From assembly GCA_964016885.1 (NCBI GenBank), contig OZ024740.1:249240001-249304000 (forward strand): a stretch of 64,000 nucleotides of DNA, read 5' to 3'. The notes under the pieces are model-generated. The model searched no databases and was not told the origin of the DNA. It saw nothing but the letters and a program-made list of their open reading frames with translations. The position numbers and the translations under genes were made by a program. This document shows, one piece after another, positions 41,063-52,447 of the stretch. Source of the stretch: Eledone cirrhosa (taxonomy: Eukaryota). Positions within the stretch are counted from its first letter, which is position 1. Each line of letters opens with the position of its first letter.

Positions 41063-41107
41063 AACGATGTACTAGTTTCAAGCTTGTTAGCTATCATCAG
41101 CACCGTT
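41063..41107 (-). ncRNA. Type I hammerhead ribozyme (array unit)
   Basis: aacggtg CTGATGA t AGCT aaca AGCT t GAAA ctag TA catcgtt. Confidence 0.88.
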
Positions 41108-41528
41108 TACCCATCTGCCAGATAGTTGAACGTTCGAAAGTATATACTTTCCTTATGAAAATTAACGGCTGAGCAGCCTAATTTGCATATTGAGTGAGTA
41201 AAATCGGTCAGGCATACCGAAAACGATAAATTGAAACAAAATGAAAACGAAATTTCATTTCTCACTCTTAGTATGGCACTTACTTAAATGTAAGTATGCA
41301 TGTATACGTACATACATATATGTATACAGACGTACAGTAGCATGCACATATATATATATATATACATATATACATACATATGCATAGAGGTACACATACA
41401 TATATGCACGTATCAGTTTAGCGGCGCTAACGTCGCTTTGTTCGTTTGTAAACAAACTGAACAGCCTGAATTTATGCCATACGGTGTTAAGGCAACCACG
41501 TCACCTTTTTGTTCAACACTGACACAGG

Positions 41529-41573
41529 AACGATGTACTAGTTTCAAGCTTGTTAGCTATCATCAGCACCGTT
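41529..41573 (-). ncRNA. Type I hammerhead ribozyme (array unit)
   Basis: Same motif, 466 bp further. Confidence 0.88.
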
Positions 41574-41994
41574 TACCCATCTGCCAGATAGTTGAACGTT
41601 CGAAAGTATATACTTTCCTTATGAAAATTAACGGCTGAGCAGCCTAATTTGCATATTGAGTGAGTAAAATCGGTCAGGCATACCGAAAACGATAAATTGA
41701 AACAAAATGAAAACGAAATTTCATTTCTCACTCTTAGTATGGCACTTACTTAAATGTAAGTATGCATGTATACGTACATACATATATGTATACAGACGTA
41801 CAGTAGCATGCACATATATATATATATATACATATATACATACATATGCATAGAGGTACACATACATATATGCACGTATCAGTTTAGCGGCGCTAACGTC
41901 GCTTTGTTCGTTTGTAAACAAACTGAACAGCCTGAATTTATGCCATACGGTGTTAAGGCAACCACGTCACCTTTTTGTTCAACACTGACACAGG

Positions 41995-42039
41995 AACGAT
42001 GTACTAGTTTCAAGCTTGTTAGCTATCATCAGCACCGTT
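41995..42039 (-). ncRNA. Type I hammerhead ribozyme (array unit)
   Basis: Same motif. Confidence 0.88.
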
Positions 42040-42728
42040 TACCCATCTGCCAGATAGTTGAACGTTCGAAAGTATATACTTTCCTTATGAAAATTAACGG
42101 CTGAGCAGCCTAATTTGCATATTGAGTGAGTAAAATCGGTCAGGCATACCGAAAACGATAAATTGAAACAAAATGAAAACGAAATTTCATTTCTCACTCT
42201 TAGTATGGCACTTACTTAAATGTAAGTATGCATGTATACGTACATACATATATGTATACAGACGTACAGTAGCATGCACATATATATATATATATACATA
42301 TATACATACATATGCATAGAGGTACACATACATATATGCACGTATCAGTTTAGCGGCGCTAACGTCGCTTTGTTCGTTTGTAAACAAACTGAACAGCCTG
42401 AATTTATGCCATACGGTGTTAAGGCAACCACGTCACCTTTTTGTTCAACACTGACACAGGAACGATGTACTAGTTTCAAAGCGACGTTAGCGCCGCTAAA
42501 CTGATACGTGCATATATGTATGTGTACCTCTATGCATATGTATGTATATATGTATATATATATATATATGTGCATGCTACTGTACGTCTGTATACATATA
42601 TGTATGTACGTATACATGCATACTTACATTTAAGTAAGTGCCATACTAAGAGTGAGAAATGAAATTTCGTTTTCATTTTGTTTCAATTTATCGTTTTCGG
42701 TATGCCTGACCGATTTTACTCACTCAAT

Positions 42729-42736
42729 ATGCAAAT
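42729..42736 (+). promoter_or_regulatory. Octamer motif ATGCAAAT, one per full unit, about 75 nt upstream of the hammerhead
   Basis: Exact octamer in each full unit, also kept in the diverged copy (63891-63898, minus strand). Function is inferred. Confidence 0.5.
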
Positions 42737-42809
42737 TAGGCTGCTCAGCCGTTAATTTTCATAAGGAAAGTATATACTTTCGAACGTTCAACTATCTGGC
42801 AGATGGGTA

Positions 42810-42854
42810 AACGGTGCTGATGATAGCTAACAAGCTTGAAACTAGTACATCGTT
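42810..42854 (+). ncRNA. Type I hammerhead ribozyme (array unit), predicted cleavage after 42847
   Basis: Stem I aacggtg/catcgtt, core CTGATGA and GAAA, stem II AGCT/AGCT, palindromic stem III ACTAGT, GUA triplet. Confidence 0.88.
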
Positions 42855-43275
42855 CCTGTGTCAGTGTTGAACAAAAAGGTGACGTGGTTGCCTTAACACC
42901 GTATGGCATAAATTCAGGCTGTTCAGTTTGTTTACAAACGAACAAAGCGACGTTAGCGCCGCTAAACTGATACGTGCATATATGTATGTGTACCTCTATG
43001 CATATGTATGTATATATGTATATATATATATATATGTGCATGCTACTGTACGTCTGTATACATATATGTATGTACGTATACATGCATACTTACATTTAAG
43101 TAAGTGCCATACTAAGAGTGAGAAATGAAATTTCGTTTTCATTTTGTTTCAATTTATCGTTTTCGGTATGCCTGACCGATTTTACTCACTCAATATGCAA
43201 ATTAGGCTGCTCAGCCGTTAATTTTCATAAGGAAAGTATATACTTTCGAACGTTCAACTATCTGGCAGATGGGTA

Positions 43276-43320
43276 AACGGTGCTGATGATAGCTAACAAG
43301 CTTGAAACTAGTACATCGTT
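43276..43320 (+). ncRNA. Type I hammerhead ribozyme (array unit)
   Basis: Same motif. Confidence 0.88.
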
Positions 43321-43741
43321 CCTGTGTCAGTGTTGAACAAAAAGGTGACGTGGTTGCCTTAACACCGTATGGCATAAATTCAGGCTGTTCAGTTTGTTTA
43401 CAAACGAACAAAGCGACGTTAGCGCCGCTAAACTGATACGTGCATATATGTATGTGTACCTCTATGCATATGTATGTATATATGTATATATATATATATA
43501 TGTGCATGCTACTGTACGTCTGTATACATATATGTATGTACGTATACATGCATACTTACATTTAAGTAAGTGCCATACTAAGAGTGAGAAATGAAATTTC
43601 GTTTTCATTTTGTTTCAATTTATCGTTTTCGGTATGCCTGACCGATTTTACTCACTCAATATGCAAATTAGGCTGCTCAGCCGTTAATTTTCATAAGGAA
43701 AGTATATACTTTCGAACGTTCAACTATCTGGCAGATGGGTA

Positions 43742-43786
43742 AACGGTGCTGATGATAGCTAACAAGCTTGAAACTAGTACATCGTT
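43742..43786 (+). ncRNA. Type I hammerhead ribozyme (array unit)
   Basis: Same motif. Confidence 0.88.
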
Positions 43787-45019
43787 CCTGTGTCAGTGTT
43801 GAACAAAAAGGTGACGTGGTTGCCTTAACACCGTATGGCATAAATTCAGGCTGTTCAGTTTGTTTACAAACGAACAAAGCGACGTTAGCGCCGCTAAACT
43901 GATACGTGCATATATGTATGTGTACCTCTATGCATATGTATGTATATATGTATATATATATATATATGTGCATGCTACTGTACGTCTGTATACATATATG
44001 TATGTACGTATACATGCATACTTATATATATATATATATACACATAAGATACACACACACACAAAAAACATCAAGGATATGAAATTATTTTTTCTTTCAT
44101 TTCTATGCAAGTTTCAATACGGCTAAAATATCACATCCATTTGCAGAACTGGAAATTATCAGTTAAAACTAAGGACGATAATGTGCTTCTTTCATCTTAG
44201 CAAAGAAAATAATCACATATCTTATATATACATCGGGAGTGTCATGGTTCTTTCAGTTTTATGCAGAAAGGTGGCTCAAATGTGTATGTTTAAAGTATAA
44301 TTTAATAGGCTGAGGATGATCAAGTGATTAGGCAACAAACATGCCCTCTAAATTCAAGGTTTTCCTACTATACCATTGTCCAGTTAATGCCACAGATCAA
44401 ACACAAATAAATAAAATAAATATATTTATTCAAAAATACAAACCAGTCTGAATAAACTCTAACTACCCACCGACACACCACACATAACATTCTTCACCTT
44501 GTTAATAGAATTATCATCATTATTATTATTATTGCCATTATTATTTTATCACATGACCCTCTGTACCCAGGTGGAGAAGGGAATAAATTGACATTGCTAC
44601 ACACTTACAAACACAATCACCACATAGGAATAAATAAAAGAAAATATATTTATTCAAAATAAAGACAATATATTTGTGCACCCAGCTACTTACTGAATCA
44701 TCACAACCCAACAAACATATGCACTCACATACACACACACATACAATTCTTATTCATTTTGCTGATTGGATCATTACTATTATAGTTGTCATTATGATGG
44801 TGACTGTAATGGTAATAATTATTATTATTTTTTTTGTTGTTATTCAGATGTAGCAGGAAACAAATAAACTAACTACACACAAACACAAAATTCCTGCTTT
44901 TGAATTTTGGAGATTGCCGCAAAGACAATACCAGCTTCCCTTGACTATTGAACATACGAAAAACAGACATGAATTGCCACTATCTAAACTAAGGCATATA
45001 TAATATATACATGTATTAT

Positions 45020-46055
45020 ACATCCCACTATCAAGGTATTCAAAGGAGGTCACCGTCCTTAGCATTGTGCCCTTAACAAAGATTTGTGGTGCAGTTGTCT
45101 GCACCCCAGCAGCAGGTTGATGCATTACAACAGTCTTTTACAAATTAATTATAAGACATCACAAGCAGCATCAAAACCACTGATCGGGCTTCACAAGCCC
45201 TCTTCAGTGTAACTTATGTTGCTGTCATCTTGGCAGTAGGATTGAAGCTGATGGCAAATTGGATACTGAAATCACATCTCGTTTCCAAAAGGCAGCAAAA
45301 GCTAGTCACAACCTCACATTAAATTGGAGACTAAGATTGCTGTATACGTTTCATTTGTACTCTGTATTATTGTATACATCAAGACATGGACATTGTACAG
45401 ACAGCATGTTAAAATGATGGAACAGTTTCACCAAAAATGCCTCCAGCATATACTCAAAATAAGCTGGAACACATTCATTCCAAACACTGAGATTTTTGCT
45501 AGGGCAAAAGTTACACCTACACAAGCTATGCTTATTAGGAATCAGTTAAGATGAACAGGTCACATGATTTGCATGGGTGACGAATGCATCCCCAAGAAAA
45601 TGTTTTATGGTGAACTCAAGCTGAGCAAAAGGTTAAATAGTAAGACAAAGGAGATACAGAGACTCGCTAAAAGCGAACTTAAAATGCCTTAACATCTTTA
45701 ATCTTTAATCATCTGCACTAGATAGAGTGGCCTGGAGAAATGCCATTTCGAATGGAGTTACAGCAATTCAAATGGAGAAGGTAAAATATGCAGAACTAAA
45801 AAGAAAAGTGCAGAAGAATAAGACCAACAGTAAAAATGATGAATCTTATACAGCGTTGGTTTTCAAATGCCCTGTTTGCCTTAAGGTGTGCTGTTCGAAC
45901 GTTGGCTTGAAGTCACACCAACAAACACATGATACTAAATTTGCAAATCAGGTGGTGGATTGAAGCGACATCTGAACATTCACAATAAGAAAACCCAAAG
46001 CGGAAACAAGAATATGAGACACCATTGTATTATTTGTGGACAGGTGTTTCAAAGG
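45020..46055 (+). mobile_element. RTE-BovB-like LINE 3' part with inverted 5' segment and C-terminal C2H2-like finger(s)
   Basis: 45020-45230 reads on minus (DD...INL*KTVVMHQP...FEYLDS). From 45230 it reads on plus (LGSRIEADGKLDTEI...TWTLYRQH...QLR...CPVCLKVC..NVGLKSHQQTH). Confidence 0.8.
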
Positions 46056-46318
46056 CTTTTATTTATTTATATATATACAGTATATATATATATATACATA
46101 TGCATCATCATCATGGGTCAGCCGGATTTGTCCCATTTAGAGGCAAGCTGGGTTAGGTGACCGTGTCTCGTTCATATAGGACTATTTCTGGCTGGTTTTC
46201 TACACCAACCACATTTACAGTGTGTGCTGGATGCTTTTTACCGAGTCTTTTACACGACCATTTTACAGTGTGGGCTGGATGTTTTGTGGTACCAACATAA
46301 CATACGCACATATATATA

Positions 46319-46365
<47 letters not shown>

Positions 46366-46371
<6 letters not shown>

Positions 46372-46515
46372 TCTGAAGACGGCGTATATATGTGTTGGTA
46401 TGTATATTTAATCTTGATAGTTTGTATAATTTTGTATAATTTTGTACATAGATCTGTTGAATATGCATGCCAACTCTAACACACATATATATCCTAGAAA
46501 CGATCGTTAAATAAT
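46366..46515 (+). ncRNA. Type I hammerhead with ~115-nt stem II
   Basis: attattt CTGAAGA [long hairpin] GAAA cgatcg TT aaataat; perfect 7-bp stem I and palindromic stem III AACGATCGTT. Confidence 0.75.
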
Positions 46516-46705
46516 GAACTTTTTTTGTTTAATATAAGGAATTGTTTATTCATTATTTGTTTAATATTTTATCTTGACTCTGTATACCGTTTATCTTTCA
46601 CCGAAAGTGATTTTTCATTACATCTCTTCTTTCCATGATATCCGGAATACATTGAGTTCTTCATACGGATTGGACACTACCGTAAACTCTTGGTAGATTT
46701 ATCTA

Positions 46706-46746
<41 letters not shown>

Positions 46747-46751
<5 letters not shown>

Positions 46752-47065
46752 GCATTGGGCTTGCAATCGAAAGGTTGTGAGTTCAATTCTCAGACCGGGT
46801 GATGTGGTTTCCTTGAGCAAGAGACTTTATTTTACATTGCAGCAGTTTACTCAGCTGTAGAAATGAGATGATTGGACTAGGGTTCCTATCATTCCACTGC
46901 AAAGTGGCCGTGGAGGTGCCATGCTAAAAAAGCACCCAGCACTCACTGTAAATGAGGTTGGTGTTAGGAAGGGCATCCAGCTGTAGAAATCAAGCCAGAA
47001 TCAGTTCCCGTCCCACCCTTGCAAGCAGGGAAAAGCGGACATAAAATGATGATGATGATGATGAC
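46747..47065 (+). mobile_element. tRNA-derived SINE, lacking the first ~20 nt
   Basis: B box and body match 32487-32825. Confidence 0.88.
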
Positions 47066-47134
47066 AATATGTATATATATATATATATAATATATATATA
47101 TAGAAGTGGTTACACAACAGTTAGTTCACCATAC

Positions 47135-47172
47135 CAAGAACAATTGTTTCACCTTAGCGGATCCTCAGCTCG
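47135..47172 (-). ncRNA. Minimal type I hammerhead (PLE, inverted copy)
   Basis: cgag CTGAGGA t CC gctaa GG t GAAA caattg TT cttg. Confidence 0.75.
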
Positions 47173-48159
47173 TAATGGGCATGGTTATACGGAACAGGAA
47201 GGACAACCGCACGAACGCGCAGAAACCCGTCACTTCACACAGGCAATACTAAAATGCGTGCGAGAGGTGTAAGGGAGATAACTGCGAAAGTCCGAAAAGT
47301 TTTTAGTTGATAAGAAAAAATATTGATGTTGTTACAATAATTCATTCAATCTGGAGCTTTGTAGTTATGCAATAGGTGTTTCGAGACGTGTGGACAACGT
47401 GTGAAAAATTCATTTCTTGTGTTTAGGCAATCACTATTGCATAATCTCTTTAGAATATTTATTCGTTCGACAATACAGTCCGCACGATGGATTTCCCCCT
47501 GCGAATGGCTTGGACTTAGTGATGGCTTTCCATTGAATGGAGTAGTCTATACCTGATTCCTTGCGGAAACGTTCCTTAAATCGGCCCTCCGCCATGGCTG
47601 TAATTTATGAAGCTGTGGTCACTTCCAACCGACCAAACCAACCACAGGAGGTCAAATCGTATGTGGGCATGGTGGAGGGCCAGGAACGTTTCCTGAACCA
47701 CCAGTCGACCTTTAGGTACCCGGACAGACGTTCATCCACGAAACTCGCAAGCCACATATAGTCCCTCAAGGACTCAGGTATAGACTACTCCATTCAATGG
47801 AAAGCCATCACTTAGTCCAAGCCATACGCAAGGGGAAATCCGTCGTGTGGACTATGTATTGATGAACGAATAAATATTCTAAAGAGATTATGCAATAGTG
47901 ATTGCCTAAACACGAGAAATGAATTCTTCACACATTGTCCACACGTCTCGAAACACCTCTTGCATAACTACAAAGCTCTGGATTGAATCATTACAACAAC
48001 ATCATAATTTTCTTATCAACTAAAAACTTTTTGGACTTTCGCAGTTATCTCCCTTACACCTCTCGCATGTATTTTAGTATTGCATGTGTGAAGTGACCGG
48101 TTTCTGCGCATGCGCGTTCGTACGGTTGTCCTTCCTGTTCCATATAACCATGTCCATTA

Positions 48160-48197
48160 CGAGCTGAAGATCCGCTAAGGTGAAACAATTGTTCTCG
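48160..48197 (+). ncRNA. Minimal type I hammerhead (PLE)
   Basis: cgag CTGAAGA t CC gctaa GG t GAAA caattg TT ctcg; palindromic stem III ACAATTGT. Confidence 0.8.
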
Positions 48198-48292
48198 GTA
48201 TGGTGAACTAACTGTTGTGTAACCACTTCTACCTAACTCGTCCCATGGACTGAGTGCTCTACCACTACGGATATTACCTTCCAGTGTTCTAC

Positions 48293-48330
<38 letters not shown>

Positions 48331-48450
48331 AGTACACAGATTGGAGCACTCGACGAAGTACGCAGGTTGGTTTGTTTACTCCGGAGTAATGTAAAATAAA
48401 ATAAGTCAAATATGTAAAATTTGGCTTCATTTATTATAAACTATAGATTT

Positions 48451-48505
48451 ACTACTATATATATTTCGGTGACAGCCATTATTGGCTGTGACCTCTTCAG
48501 GCAGT
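48451..48505 (-). ncRNA. Type I hammerhead (PLE)
   Basis: actgc CTGAAGA ggtcacagcca ataa tggctgtcacc GAAA tatata TA gtagt. Confidence 0.8.
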
Positions 48506-49770
48506 CCAAATTGGTGTGGAAAAGACAGGTACACATGTTGTTAAAGTGTGTTTCACTCTGTCAATACATCAATATGTCCAGCTCCTGGGTGTGTTGTTAG
48601 TCCTCCAAGGAACTGGAATCATATGGGCTAGAACATAGGACACGCTCGTATTCCATTGGTCAGTTGTGAGACCACTCCTCAGTTAAAAGAAATTCCTCTG
48701 AGGCGGGTCAGCCTGTTATAATTGTTTTTGTCAGAATGTTTAAGTACAGCTGACCTCCTTCACTGTGTTGGCAGTGGTAGTGGTGTTAAGAGATTAGTTA
48801 GCAGGTCAACTTTAGTATGCTGTTGTTATGGTCTGAAGAATTTGTGTGTAGGCTGGCATCTATCCTGCTACCATTTCACTTGGTGGGGGATGCCAAAAAA
48901 TTTTGAATAATATAAACTGAAATAAAAAACCTGTGTGTCAGAATCGAGAAGTGTAAAGAATTACAATTCTTATTCTAGGATATAGTATGGAGTATGTACA
49001 TGTGATTGTCCGTCAGCATGCACCGTTGCGTGTGTACACGTATAAACACAGGCTCGATGCATTCACCCATTTATGTCCACACAGTCTAACAAAAAATGGG
49101 CGCATTTTAAAAACAAATGAGGTAAAAGTGGAGTGAAAAATACCATAAAAGCCTGTGTGTCAAAATCCAGAAGTGTAAAGGACTATAATCTTATTTCAGC
49201 ATAAAGTACATATGCGTGTATGTTTGTCAATGCACACCGTTGCAAACACACATGCACAAACACAGGCTCAGGTGCATTCCCATATTATGTCTACACATTA
49301 ACACACACGCATACACACAATTCCATATACGTCCACATGTGGATACACCCACATGGACACAGGGTCAAAGTCACCTATGGAGGTGAGGAGAGGGGTAGTG
49401 GTTGTAATAGGCGCGTCCTATTTACTTGTGGTATTTATCCCTGACTCATGCGTGCAAAGGGGGTCGTGTTCGAGGCAGGATATACTCCGGGTATTCGGGT
49501 CACAAGCCGGGGTTAGGTGTTGGGGGCCGCTGGTCGGAAACTTGGGGTGCCTGTTTGCACAGATATTTATATCATCTAGTGTCAACTAACTTGAGTTTTG
49601 GTTAAGCGGTGTGAGGCATGGTTTTAGCTGCTAGGTAGGTGTGTTGCTATAGGAGTCGATCGAGGCAGGGATTGTGTAGGGGGTGGTTTACTTGGGCTCG
49701 GTGTGACGGGGCTGCTGTCTCTATAGCTTGAGGAAGGTTCCGGCCCTGAGGTGTCTACATGTACCAAAGA

Positions 49771-50374
49771 AATCGGTCGCCAACATGGGTTCCGCGAAAC
49801 CTTGGGGTTCCGTAAAACAAACTCTGGGTTCCTTAAAAAAATAAATATTTACATTACCATTAATATTTTGGGTTTTCTGAAAAAGGTGCAAAGAAAATGC
49901 CAAAGGTGCAATGTATAAATGAACGAGTACTATTGTAGTGTACACAGGTTCTCCACTCCAATTCGTGGAAAACACTACTTTCAGTTTCTCACTTGAATTA
50001 GCAGAAAAACACTGTTCTGAGATTCGTGGAAATTGAATACTTTCAATTTCACATCAATTCTTGGAAAGACATAGTTTTCTGAATTCAGAGAATTTGACTA
50101 CTACTGATAATACACTAATTGAACTTAGAAATTGACCAATTACGAATAAGTAAATGTTGGTCGGTGACAGCATAACTTTAAACTGAAAACTTCAGTTCAG
50201 CGAGGTCTCTCAGCCAAGAGATAGGGTCAGTTCGCTGTTCTCACAACGTAAGTTCACTAAAATAAATAAATACTTTTTTTTTTTTTTTTGGAAAAGTTTT
50301 GTATTGTATAGGTTCCGTGAAGAATTCAAAATATTTAGAGGGTTCCTCGGTTTTAGAAAGGTTGGCGACCACTG
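49771..50374. mobile_element. Non-autonomous hAT-like element nested in the PLE
   Basis: Terminal ggtcgccaac and gttggcgaccactg (CAGTGGTCGCCAAC type) with repeated gggttcc subterminal motifs; no clear TSD. Confidence 0.7.
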
Positions 50375-52303
50375 GATTAGGCTGCTCTCACCATTGAGTA
50401 TCTCGAGGGTCTCACTCAGACATAGGTTGCAGATGCCAGATCCCCCTCTATCAGGTGGCACTTTCCTGATTTTGGACCAGGCCAGAGAGTACGGGTCCTG
50501 TCCAGCTTGAGCTTCCAGATCAGTTTGGAAAGAGCCGTACTTTTCCTTTTGCTCTCCCTTTTGCCCGTTGATGTGGGTCCTATGTAAAGTTGCTCAGAGT
50601 TGGGGGTTTTTACTCTACATCTGTATACTAGGTTCTTCAGGAGGCATTCATTACTAAGGGGGCATAATGTGGGGGTTCTGCAGTCGCAGGTGGTCGACCC
50701 CTGAGTGCCTAAGTGGGGTTCCCTTTGCGTAGTATAGGGTGATCTGCCCCTGGGTCTGTTTGGGTTCCCAGGGTGGGTACCGGGTCCACCATTCCTTCTC
50801 TCCACATGGCTCTGATGGGGGCTTATATTGCCAGCTGCTTGTTGTGTGTAGTTTCTAAGTCTACTCCTATTGATGCTAGCTATGTGCTGGGCTATGTTGC
50901 GCATGGTAGAGTACAAGAGCTTCACCGTGTCTGTTGAAGAGCTTGTCTTATCTGTGGTCCCTCGGGAAGTATTTATCTAGTGCCCTAAAGAATGACTGGG
51001 CCAGGCGCGTCTTTAGGCCCGCTGAGTAGGGTGAGTTGTACCACGTAATTTTTCTTGGTCTATTCCTATGTGGGTGGGTTGAGCATGTTGTGGGCTGTTG
51101 GGGAGTTGTTGGGTTGCTACCGGTTCCCGCATTGTTGTTTCCCCTTTGGGCGCTATATGTTTTGCTAGCTTCTCAGCCCGTACCTGTGGGGTGGTGTGTG
51201 CCCACGCTGAGAGTTCTACAATGGGATGATTCTCCATCAGTCCTGCTTCGTGTCTTGCGGTTGGGGGCGTCGGGCCCGGGGTGGTTAGTATAACACCTGA
51301 GACTGCCTTGCGTACTGGATTTCCTCTCATGGCTAGGCGTATGCGTCCTTTTCTCTAATGTGGTGGTGCCGGGTTCATGGGGTTTAGTGGGTTCCACTCT
51401 GCCTGTACTGTTAGGGTTAACCTCCCTCCCAGATACAGTGGGTCAGGGAGTCTGATGGTCTATCCCTATCATGGCGCCTCGGGTTGTAAGATATAGTTTG
51501 GCCATGGGCCGCCTTATTTAGAGCTGCGTTATAATGCTCTGCATTGCTATCGAAGATCTCCTTATTGGCGGAAAGGTTGGAGATCCTGTCCGAGACACTC
51601 TTGACTACGGCCTTAATTATGGATCTAGGGTGGTTTGACTTAGCGTTAACATATGCCAGTTTCGCGTTGGGTTTATGATAGGGGTAGTATTGCTGTGTTC
51701 AGGTTTAGGGTGGTGTCTAGGAAGTTAACTACCTTTCTATTGGGGTCTAATTCAATACTGAGCCCATGGTTCCTAAAGAAATGCCTAATTCGCTTCTTCA
51801 TTCTCTCCACCATAGTGGTGCTGTGGTCATAGATGGTGAAGAGAGCATCATCACAATACAATCTGCCGCGTAGGCAGGGGATTTCATCTTTTATCTGCTT
51901 TAGCAGGAAGAGCCTGACCCAGTCCATTACCTGCGCAGAGTCGCTGGAGCCCATCGTGATGTGAAAGTTATGTGGCCAATCACTCCTGGTCCAAGGTCTT
52001 TCGGGCAGCGTGGATGATGCCTACCTCCTCACGGGTTAGGTCTGTATTGGACATCGCCTTATTAACTACTATGGGCGAGACAGAGGAGTAGTAGCCAGCA
52101 ATATCCAGTTGGATATCAAAATTTTTGATATTGGTTGTAACACACACGCATTCTCTTTATTTGTTTGGCATCCCCCACCATGTGAAATGGAGGCAGGATA
52201 GATGCCAACCTACACGCATAAATTCTTCAGACCATAACGATGTATTGACAGAGTGAAACACACTTCAACAACATGTGTACTTGTCTTTTCCACACCAATT
52301 CGG

Positions 52304-52357
52304 ACTGCCTGAAGAGGTCACAGCCATAATGGCTGTCACCGGAATATGTATAGCAGT
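52304..52357 (+). ncRNA. Type I hammerhead (inverted pseudo-LTR copy), core mutated GAAA to GGAA
   Basis: actgc CTGAAGA ggtcacagcca taa tggctgtcacc GGAA tatgta TA gcagt. Confidence 0.7.
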
Positions 52358-52447
52358 AAATCTATAGTTTATAATAAACAAAGCCAAATTTTACATATTT
52401 CACTTATTTATTTTATCTTATCTGTATATATAATATATATATACATA

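Larger units (their letters stand above)
40760..44024. repeat. Divergent inverted tandem array of a 466-bp hammerhead-containing unit (retrozyme-like)
   Basis: Period 466 (ORF-track repeats at 40834/41300/41766/42232 and 42745/43211/43677). Orientation flips at about 42477-42480. About 3.7 units left and 3.3 right; both ends lie in (TA)n. Confidence 0.95.
47101..48295 (+). mobile_element. 5'-truncated Penelope-like element with inverted pseudo-LTR
   Basis: 47101-47562 is the reverse complement of about 47767-48231. The spacer encodes VIYEAVV...YVGM...ERFLNH...STKLASHI (GIY-YIG). Confidence 0.9.
48330..52420 (-). mobile_element. Penelope-like element (RT plus GIY-YIG), degenerate, with inverted partial pseudo-LTR at about 52130-52415
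   Basis: MGSSDSAQV..LYCDDA..VNFLDTTLNL; CDCRTPTLCPLSNECLLKNLVY...LYIG; CNLCLSE. 52240-52415 is the reverse complement of about 48395-48570. Confidence 0.88.

Noticed and set aside
40760-44024. CRISPR-like array or plain satellite
   Set aside because: There are no variable spacers and the context is eukaryotic. A plain satellite does not explain the hammerhead and its covariation.
40789-44126. Repeated 66-aa and 112-aa ORFs in the array
   Set aside because: Largely microsatellite-derived with no recognisable domain; the conserved signal is RNA structure.
45860-46055. Host C2H2 zinc-finger gene exon
   Set aside because: Contiguous with the decayed RTE C-terminus, with no splice evidence.
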